Below, one piece after another: positions 25,901 through 35,411 of a stretch of DNA of 37,865 nucleotides; the stretch's first letter is position 1, and each line of letters begins with the position of its first letter. The stretch covers positions 1 to 37,865 of the forward strand of contig CALSCP010000317.1 of NCBI GenBank assembly GCA_943704425.1. Direction: 5' to 3'. The notes under the pieces were generated by a model. The model did not search any database. It was not told where the DNA came from and saw nothing but the letters and a program-made list of their open reading frames with translations. A program made the translations under genes and the position numbers. The DNA is from Ministeria vibrans ATCC 50519 (lineage: Eukaryota; Protista; Filasterea).

Positions 25901-26216
25901 CACTCACTCTCCTCGCGACATTCACGACAAAGCACGCGCTTCATATACTCCCCACAATAACTACGGTATTTCAAAAGGCAGCAAGCACACACCGCTGCCG
26001 CCAAAATCCTCACGATTACCCCACGATCAGTCACCCAGTCATTCTCGCTCAGTCAGTCACACTCCTCCGTCAGTCAGTCAGGCCACCGCACTTCCTCCCC
26101 TTCTTCCGCCTCCCACTACCACCACAGCTTCAAGATCGACTACTTCCGCCAGAACACCCGTCTCGCTCGGCCTCTGTGTGCTCGGAAGCTCAGCCCAATA
26201 CTCGCACAAACATTGA
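22983..26216 (+). CDS. Cytosolic carboxypeptidase (M14D tubulin deglutamylase), CCP2/CCP3 (AGBL2/3)-like, ~1,018 aa, 4 exons (22983-23936, 23999-24278, 24329-24693, 24759-26216)
   Basis: [45 protein letters not shown] (Zn ligands), [33 protein letters not shown]. Long low-complexity C-terminal tail. Confidence 0.93.
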
Positions 26217-26309
26217 AAATAATGATTATTATTATTATTAGTTTTTTCTTTGCAACTTTAGTACACACACACTCACTCACTCTATTGCACTCACATACAA
26301 TAAAAACCG

Positions 26310-28132
26310 TTAACGCTTTGGCTTAGCGCCCCACATATCCCGATGAGAACTACATTAGAAAAAGTGAGAAAAAACAAGTAAAAGTACAACACTTGTTTCG
26401 TACTGATAATGGTGATACAGTTTAAAAATGCGCAATCTAAAGAAATCAGAGCGACACTCAATGTTTTTTCTTCCTCTTCCGCTTTCAATACCTTTCGATC
26501 TCATAGCCATTGCCAATGACACGGTCAACACACTCCCAATCCTCTCCACCCCACTTGTCTTTGAATTGCTGCGTGTTCATCCCTCCAATTTTGGACCAGT
26601 CGCTCTTGTAGAGCGCAATCAGACCGTAACCACCCGTTTCCCAAAAGCCATTGGGTTCGCTCGGTTGCATACCGCACTCAAGGCGGACCAGCACGGGCGC
26701 AAACGCCTGAAGGCCCAGCACTGTGTGTGTGCGCACCATATCAAAGAGCGACGGAGGCATAGCGAGATGGAGATCACAGGCAAAGACGAGAGAGCGCGGC
26801 GAGTCTGGGACTGCGTCAATGCCTGCCTGCAGACCACCTGCGCGACTAAATTTGCCTGTGAGGCGTACCAAGGTGTATGCAATACCGCTAGCCTTGAGCA
26901 CTGCGTCCACATCGACATCGTCGCTCGCATAGTCGACAATGACCGAGTGCACCCCCGTGTGGTCGCCCGTCTCCTTGGCAATCGCCGCCATGTTGTCCGC
27001 GTAGAAGCGCACCCACTTGCCTTGGTTCTTCACCGGAATCACCACATACACGATGGCGTCCTGGCTCCACTGAAACTCCTTGGGCATACACAGCGAATTG
27101 ACATTGCCCGCAGGCGCAATCACATAGCGCGAGTAGCGCTCCAAAGTGGCACTGCCCGTTTTGCGCACCGCAATATCCACCAGCAGACGTGACATGCCCC
27201 CGCGTGACTTCAAGTCGACATTGAGAATGTGGTCGAGCGTGTAGCCGGGCAGGGAGGCCGCAACACGCTCGGCAGCGCCGCGTGCAAGCTGCTCGGGAGC
27301 CGCCTTGTTGCCCGTCTGGCGCTGCGTCAGCTGGTACAGCTTGTCGGTCTGGTCAGCAGGCCACACGTACGACTCGAAAACGTGTTGAATGCCCGAGTAT
27401 AGACTCATTTTGCGGTGGAGCAGATACGACGGGTTGTACGGGCAGTTAGGAAGGGTGCTTTCGGGGAAGGGGGAGGCCCACGGAATGCGCTGAAGGTTTT
27501 CACGCTCGTCCGGTTCAAAATGAATGAACGGGTACAGGTTGGGCACATTAGACGTATCGTGTGCGGGTACACCTTGCAGCATCCGCTGCAGCTCACTGGC
27601 TGACGCCTGACCGTCCTTGCTCGCATCACGAATGCCCAACAACGCTGAGCCAGGAATCACAGCAAACTTGGCGGCGCCCGGTGTCTTCCAGCCGGCCGAG
27701 AAGTGTGCGCCGTTGGAGCCCTGTTTATGCAGCCCCTCAATGAAATACCGTTTGCCCGCCTCAAGTCGAACGGGGCCCGAGCGGATGCTTGGAAAGCCCG
27801 CCGTATCAAATGCTACCAGAAATTAAAAAAGAAGGAGAATGGACATACAATGAGTATTACTCGGTATAGGCGAGAAAGAGAGAGAGATATTGATCGATAC
27901 CGTTTCGATCGGTCCATTGCATTCCCTCTTTGTCGTCGACCTTGCCGAGGTACGCAATGCGCTTTTCGTGTGCTGGATCCTCGTCTGTGGAAAGCCACAG
28001 TTCGGAGTGGTCGTCGCTGGCAACGGCAAAGTAGTAGTCGCCTGTCGTGGGCGCAATTAGAAGGCCAAAAAGTCGTTGAAAGTACGAATCGCCTTCGATG
28101 ACCGACTATAATAATAATAAAAAATAAAATAT

Positions 28133-28191
<59 letters not shown>

Positions 28192-28780
28192 CAATGATAA
28201 TAGTATTATGATGAAGTGAAAAGGATACGATCATATCTTTGAAATTTGGCAATACCTCAAAGGAGGGCATGGTGTCGCGCAGATCGGGGTGGTTGGGGAA
28301 CTTTTTGCTTTGTTTTCCAGCAGCGACTTTGCCACCGCACGACTCGGCAAAAACATGGCGCGTAATGCAGTTGGAGATGGTCGCGACGGACGGGTCCCAG
28401 TCGCCGTGTCGGTGGTCCTCGTGGCTCTCAGCGGGGGGTGGGTCGACGACGGCGACAGCTGGCGCCGCTGGCGGTGGCTGGGGTTGGTCGTGGTGCGTTG
28501 GAGGCGGTGGTGTGTCAGGCACGACAACGGCATTCTCTTCAGCCGGCGCTACGTCGGCAACGGGCATGTTATTGGGCGCCAGCGGCGGTGGGGGTGCTGA
28601 GGGGGGCATGACAAAGCGCTGGGCAGAGTCGCGCTCGTGAAGGGCGTGCATGAGACGCTCTCCTTGGGCAGCAAACACTTTGCGTTCGTCTGCGACAAAA
28701 TCAGGCATCATGTAAAACACACAGCACACCACGAGGGCGGATACGACGACGAAACGAGCAAAGCCCCAAGGGATTCTCAT
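26310..28780 (-). CDS. Beta-1,4-N-acetylgalactosaminyltransferase B4GALNT3/4-like (type II TM + PA14 + GT7/CHGN-like domain), 716 aa, 5 exons (28780-28229, 28105-27901, 27812-26492, 26436-26404, 26349-26310)
   Basis: N-terminal TM and Pro-rich stem. PA14 block YYFAVASDDHSELWLS and YFIEGLHKQ. Catalytic blocks VIPVKNQGKWV, FACDLH, FAPVLVRLECG, YKSDWSKIGGMNT..FKDKWGGEDWE; spliced tail LYHHYHSHRDMW. Confidence 0.88.
28108..28190. repeat. (AAT)n/(ATT)n microsatellite in B4GALNT intron 1
   Basis: Visible runs, (AAT)n followed by (ATT)n. Confidence 0.9.
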
Positions 28781-29018
28781 TGCACCGAGCAAAACTTGTA
28801 AAAGAAGATCATTTAGAATTTTGGTCCCTTTAGATCAATTTAAAAAATCTTTTATGATGATTTAGCGTTGCATGTTTGTTTGTAAACGACAAGGCACACG
28901 TAGACGGCGGATGGAGAAGCGAACCCCAACTAACTCAAGAAGATCATCATGTTGCGAGACGAAAGATAGTTCTGAAGGCTTTTCTTTGTTTGCACAAGGG
29001 GTTGGTTGATAAGTTTGT

Positions 29019-29653
29019 TTACTCGGCTGCTGCGGCCTCGTGCGTCACGCGAGTGTACACGAGCTGGCTACCATGGACGACGACGGGCTTGATGAGCTCA
29101 CGCTGCACCAGGTCCTTGATGGCACGGCGGGCAAGAGAGCCACGGCACTGCACGCAAATGTGTGTGTTAAAACAAGACATCAACATGACACTTGTCACAA
29201 AATGAGTCACCTTGAATCGCTCGGAGATGACCGAGGGCGTCACCAACTTGCCGGTGGGGATCTGTTTGAGGAGCGAGTCGTACGCGGCCTGCTCGAAAAG
29301 CACGCAGTTGTTCAACTTATCGCGAACCTTGCCCTTGGACCACTTCTACGCTCGCACAGGGGAAAGAACAAGCGTGTTACAACCAATGCAGCCGCAACAA
29401 AGTGTGGACCACACAGAAAGAGAGAAAGAGAAAGAGAGAGAGAGACATGAAGATAAAAAAAAGAAAGTCCTTCTTGCCTTTTTCTTGGCCTTGCTGCTCG
29501 ACATGGCAGCCTTGAGCTTCTGCTCCTTCGTCTTCTGGATCTTCGGCGGCTATACAGGCGAAACAAGAGAACGAGGGAGAGGGAGAGGGAGAGAGAAAGA
29601 GAGAGAGAGTCAGATAGAAATAAAAAAAAGAATTACAAGACAATGCTTACCAT
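29019..29653 (-). CDS. RPS25: 40S ribosomal protein eS25, 112 aa (coding exons 29653-29651, 29549-29478, 29345-29211, 29147-29019)
   Basis: MPPK...[20 protein letters not shown]....YD.L...[23 protein letters not shown]. One intron requires a GC donor. Confidence 0.96.
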
Positions 29654-30407
29654 GACCGAATCTGAGAGAGCGAGAGAGCGAGAAGACGCGAGTCGGGACA
29701 GAGTGAGTGAGAGAAGAAGAAGAAGAAGAAGAAGAGGAGAGTGAGCAAAATTTTTTTTTGTCTTTTTTTTCGCTAAGGCCAACTCGTGGCTTAACGCGCA
29801 CTAGCAGACACACACGGCACGCGCGGGGTGCCGGCGTTGCTGGACACGCGCGGGGTGCTGCAGCCAGGACGGCAGTGTGCGGTAGAGCGACGACACGAGG
29901 GATTCACCAAATGGCAAAAAGTGTCCTTCTTGATGCGCTTGAGAACGTGCAGAGNNNNNNNNNNTTTTTTTTTTTTTTTTTATGACTCGCTCAGTTTAAT
30001 GCACAGCAAACGACAGGCAGCAGACGAAAGAGCCACACAGAGTAAGGGAGAGAGGGGGAGGGCAGTCAGAGCGGTAGACAAGGGAGAACAAGAGAAGAGA
30101 TTCATTTTTTTTTTTTTTTTTAGAGTCGCAGTCGCAGTAGGGACGCCCAAGCGGCGTTGCGACGGTGCGATGCTGCTGGGGCATCCCCCGTTGCTCGCTA
30201 CACACGCATGACTTACCAAAAGGAACAAAATAAAAGGTCGATTGTAATTTATTTTGCTTTGGTTTTTTTACATTCGTTGATCGCACGTCAAAACGAGCAC
30301 CTTTTCCCATTGCTGCTGAGTCTGTTCCACTGTCTTCACCGGCTTCACATCAGTTGTTTCTTTGTTTTCCGCGACGCACACGGTTCCATCCAGTGTACGC
30401 TTTGGTG

Positions 30408-31108
30408 ATGGCAGACGTGGGATCGCTTGAAGCGGCGGCAGTGGCACGCAAGGAGCGACTGAAGGTAGCAAAGTCAAACTTGAGCTGTTTGTGCGATTCT
30501 GACACGCTTCCCCGCGCTTTCCTTGGGGCACGCGCGCAGGCACTGAAGTCAAAGAGTTCGGGTGGCGGAGGAGCAAGCGGGAATGAGGCGGTGACAGCGA
30601 CGCAGGAGGCAAGAAGGGACGACGACGACGTCGCCATGGCCGACGACGAGCCGACGGCGAAGCGCCCGCGGACCGACGACGCGCCGATGCCCCCGTCCAA
30701 AGCATTGAAGTTTAGAAACTACGAACCGAAAGACGAGGCATTGGCGGTGAGTTGCAGTTGCACGGAACACACAACAAGAGAGAGAGAGAGAGCGAGAGCG
30801 CATCGTCTTATGCACTGTGCACATAGGAGAATCGCATTGGCGACAGTGAGCTTCCCGCAGTGGAAAAACAGGTTGAAGACCTAGTGGCAGAGAAGGACAC
30901 ACCCATTGTGGGCGAAGAAATCGACATTAGCTCGCTGGCACCGCGCAAACCCAACTGGGACCTCAAGCGGGCGATCGCAGGGAAGATGGAGCGACTGGAA
31001 CGACGCACGCAGAGAGCCATTGCGGAAATTATCCGCGAGCGAATGGGCGATAATCTGGCAGGTCAGGTTGCAGCGGCTGGTCAGGCCGATGGGAATATGA
31101 GCGATTAA
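30408..31108 (+). CDS. CCDC12: Spliceosomal protein CCDC12/Cwf18, 181 aa, 3 exons (30408-30464, 30540-30746, 30827-31108)
   Basis: SLEAAAVARKERLKALK, LKFRNYEPKDE, DISSLAPRKPNWDLKR...KMERLERRTQRAIAEIIRER. Confidence 0.93.
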
Positions 31109-31190
31109 GTTTTTTGTTTTTGTTTTTATTGGTTTGTACTGGGAAGAGAGACGGTGTTGGTTGAAGGAAAACGACTTTTTATTATTATTA

Positions 31191-32712
31191 TTATTGTGGT
31201 TTCTGATTTGCTTTGCGGTACGCATACAGATCATCATCGTAGTCGTTGAGATAGTAATCCATTTGCTTATCGCGCTTCTGCTTTTTCCGCTGTGCTACTT
31301 TTTCATCAATTTGCTTTTGACTGAGCTTTGGCGCTTTTCGTTTCTTGGTCGTTCCCTAAAAGAAAAGGGTTTCACATTTTGACTTGGAAAAGAGAGTATT
31401 CATTTGTTGTGGTACGTCATCATTTAAAGCAGTTGTAACGTCACAGTAACGCGCTAATTGTCTCATTGAACTGTCTAATGGGATTCCTCTGCAAAAGAAA
31501 GAACAGAGAGGAGAACAGACATGAACAAAACGTGACATTTTTTCGCGGAATCTATCTTTTTTGCTACTTTTGCTCAAGATATTCTTCGTTTGAAACGGCA
31601 GTAAAACGACCATTTCGAGCATTGAAGCGGACAGTGGTTGCGTAAGAGTCCTCTTCCCGAATGCGAACGGTCTAGTTAAGCACAATAGAGTTAGGATTAG
31701 AGTAAAAGTTGAGAGTACTGTTTCGTACTTGAGCCCTCTCTCTCTCGAGTCTCTGTCGTTCTCTCTCCATTGCGGCCGTTGCGCGTTCCAGTTCGGCTCT
31801 GCTTGTTGTAGGCACTCGGCCCTGCTGCCGCTCAACCGATTCAAGTACCGAGTCCAGGGCTGAAAGGGGCGCAATCACATCCTACGACACCCAATCGCAT
31901 AAATACACATAATAATAATAATCATTATTATTATTATTATATATATATAATATCGGTAAGCTTTTACCGGAGTGAGAATGGTTTCAGTCTGCTGTGCCTG
32001 TTTCGCCAGTGACTCGATGCGTTTGGCGCTCAGTCCTCTTTGCACTGCCTCCCGTCCCACGTAAGCTCCATCTGCGTCCACCCCATACACATACTCAAGA
32101 CTACACACAAACGAAGGTTATTACAAGCCACTTGCTGTCAGGGTGCTTCGTGACGTACGAGCATTTGGTCCAGTCAAGATTGTAGCCGTTGTGACAGGCG
32201 AGACACCGAAACGACGGGATGGGCTGCATGCGGGCCACTGAGACTGGCACGCGCAGTACCTCGGCCCAGCCGCGTGCCACGAGTGCCCGTAGCAAGGGCG
32301 TGCCTTCGTTCTCGGCCAGCTCGGCCGGATCTCTTGCTTTGGTTTCTTCCGTGGCGGTCGTTTCAGTCGTTTCAGTCGTTTCAGTGGTTTCAGTCGTCTC
32401 AGCCGTTTCAGTCGTCTCAGTTGTCCGTTTTTCCTCACTCCTACTCTCCTTCTCCTTCGCGCCGTGCGCCCCCTCGCCCCTGCCAGTCTCAGTGCAGTGC
32501 GTTGGCGACCCCTCCCCGTCCGCATGCGCCGGCGCTTCCTCTCCGTCGTCGTCACTGCTGCTCTCGTCGTATCCGTCGTATCCATCATCACTTGCCCCTT
32601 CCCCTCGCTGCTCCTGCTCCGCTGCATCGTCCTCCTCTACCACCACAATGTATCTCGGTGCAAACCCTCCGCATCCCGGGCACACGCCATTCTCAGACTG
32701 TGGATATGCCAT
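31191..32712 (-). CDS. Uncharacterised 393-aa protein with split CxxC...CxxC N-terminal module and basic C-terminal region, 6 exons (32712-32159, 32100-31968, 31881-31729, 31671-31568, 31488-31416, 31355-31191)
   Basis: Five phase-consistent GT-AG introns join the ORF fragments. Motifs CPGC, CLAC, FNARNGRF, RQLARYCDV, KKRKAPKLSQKQI..K...RKKQK. Confidence 0.7.
32357..32423 (-). repeat. Coding 9-bp tandem repeat encoding (TET)n
   Basis: TTTCAGTCG-type units on the + strand; translation TTETTETAETTETTETTETTET. Confidence 0.9.
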
Positions 32713-33039
32713 GATATTACAAAAATATTTGGTGATGTGTTTAAAACGTAATCTCAATTGATCAGTTAAAACAAGGAGACAGATACACCTACAATGATGC
32801 ATGCAAAGTCGCAATTCGTATTTCATCCGATCTACCAGTCACCTCGTCAGTCGTTGTGGACTGAGGCCTGTGAGTTGAGTCTCTCAACAGCGACTTGTTA
32901 CACACTTGTTATCGATAGCCTTGATATTTATATGAATATTGATCAACAGAAAATAAGACAATCAACAATCACTAATATCTTTTTTCTTACGTTCGTTCGT
33001 TCACGTTGTGCATTGAGCAATCTTGATCGAGTTTGCGCA

Positions 33040-34635
33040 ATGGCTCTAGCTGCCTCTGCCGGTGGCCCCGATGCAATGAGAGGGTAACTTGCGTTGGTGT
33101 TTCGTTCGCTCGTTGTGGACTGTTTCCATTCTCCGAACGCATTGCGTCGCTGCGCCAATGCCGCCATACACTGTGTATGCGTCGGTGCCATCTTGAGATC
33201 TCTCTGTTTCGCTGTCCACTCAAGTGAAATCTCCATTTTCGCTCTTCTCTTTTCCCCTTTTCCTTTCCGCTCTTCTCATCGTGAGCCTTTCTGCGACCCT
33301 TCGCTCTCCCCGACGCGGCCCTGTTGCTTCCTTCCCCATTGTCCACCCACAGCGTATGGCGAATCGCGCCTCTTTGGCTTCTTTTTGCTTCTTCAGACGA
33401 GACTCATCAGTCGTCAAACCTTTTTTGAGCCAAAGGGCTCTGCAGTGCTCCTGTGGGGGTTCTCATGCTTTTTATGCTCTCCGTAGCTGGCTCACCAAGC
33501 AAGGAGGTGCTCATCGCTTTGAAAGAGAGAAGTTTCTGCCTAACATTGCGCTGAAGGTGAAAAAGAGAGAGAGCGACATCTTTTTTTCTCTCTGCGCTCT
33601 CTCAACGCGTGTGATCTGTTGCAGAACTGGAAACGTCGATACTGTGTATTGCGTGACACCAAACTGTACTATTACAAGGGCGAAGATGTAAGGAGAGGGA
33701 GAAACAACCCCAAAAAAGAAAAAAGAAAAAAGCGAAACCATAATAATATAATTACGACAAATGAATTGATATGTTTTGCACACACAGTCGCACGAACCAC
33801 AGGGCATATTCGACATGATTGGCACCGGGTGCCGAGTTGAAGAGAGCACAGGACGCTTCAGCTACCAGCATGTCTTCGAGGTGTTCAACGGCATCAACAC
33901 ACTGGTGCTTGCGGCGGAGACACGCGATGCCATGGTGCTGTGGATTGCGTCGATCCGCACGGCCGTCGACAGTCCCATTGTTGCTAGCGTCACCGCGTCA
34001 ATAGAGGAATCTCGTCTGCAGGGCAACACCGTGCGCCCCCTCTCCGACATGGTCGCGCTGGGCTCGCCTGAGACGGCCCGCTCGGGCGGATCGAGCTTTG
34101 GCGCAGGAGACGAGGAAGACGACCATGTCTCAACGTCGCTCCCCACTACTCCCCTGCGAAACATCCCTCGTGCCGTTATTGCGACTGGCCGCGTGCGTCC
34201 ACTCTCCATGAATTTAGACTCCCTTAAGACCCCGCAAGTCTCGCGCAAAGGGAGCCTTTTCAAACAGGGCGGCCGAGTCAAAGTACCCCACCAAACACGT
34301 CTTTCACACAATTGTCTAATGCTCGAGTGTGTAGAACTGGAAGAGGCGCTTTTTTGTGCTGGAAGGCACACGACTGCACTACTACAAAGGCTCATCTCAG
34401 GTAAGCAAGCAAAAAAAAAAAAAGGTGTTGAGACACTCAAAGAATGAACAAGACGGGCAGCAGCAGCAGCAGCAGCAGGGGCCATGGGCGTACCATGTCG
34501 ACGGAGCTCTGTCGCAGTCGCAAGTTCTCTGCTTCGAGTTTGGCACAGCGCGCACGCAGTTCCGCTGCTTGCTCCGTCGTCAGAGACGCACCGGAGTCGT
34601 CTCTATCCATTCTGCAAAGTGCAAAAGAAAACTAA
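33040..34635 (+). CDS. PH-domain protein with one full and one partial PH domain (exons 33040-33083, 33487-33556, 33625-33687, 33788-34282, 34335-34400; last exon uncertain, about 34453-34635)
   Basis: MRGWLTKQGG...NWKRRYCVL...LYYYK...QGIFDM...HVFEV...LVLAAET...MVLWIASI. Second unit RKGSLFKQGGRVKNWKRRFFVLEGTRLHYYK. Confidence 0.8.
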
Positions 34636-34885
34636 GAGGAATCAAGAAAGAAGAAAAGTGATCAGTGAGCAGTGACTGAGTGAGTGATTGGGATGACTGA
34701 GTGAGTGAGAGACTGTGAAATCGCATTGCTCGGGGTTTGCAACATTGGATATTGTGATCAACACTTTGAGTTTTGACGAATGACGGCTCTTGAGTCTTTA
34801 CAATACGTTTACATTCTTTTGAGCCATTTCTTGCAAAATGAATTTCTAGTCAAGATCAACTCATGCGAATTCATTTTTTTATTCA

Positions 34886-35371
34886 ATGCCACCCAAGACG
34901 GCTGCCACAGCAAAGAAAAAGACTCCCTCGAAGGAGAGCACAACGAAACGTCCCCGATCGGAGTCCAGCGCGGGTGCGGCGGACGGCGGCGATGCGAACA
35001 AGCGCCATAAGAAACGACCGAAGCGGTAAAGGCAAAAAAAAAAAAAGAAAAGCATAAAAACGAGCGGTGTTCGCAATGGAGACTGAAAAGGAGGTGTTTG
35101 TGTGGCGCATAGGGATGCTGGCTCGGCTCTGGCGCAGGCCCGGCACCTTTGGTCGGAGGTAAGTCGGTCGTTTGTGCGTACACGTGTGAGCGTGGGTTTT
35201 GCTCTCTCTCTCTCTCTCTCTTGCGCCGTTTTCTCACGCTCGCTTGTGTGCTTTCGCCGCGGCGGTGTAGGCTCGCTCGAAGACGCTCACTGACGAAGAG
35301 CGCAAGCCGAAGATGGAAGAGCTCATGAAGACAGTCAGCACATTATTGCCTGAGGTATGATCACTCACTCA

Positions 35372-35411
<40 letters not shown>

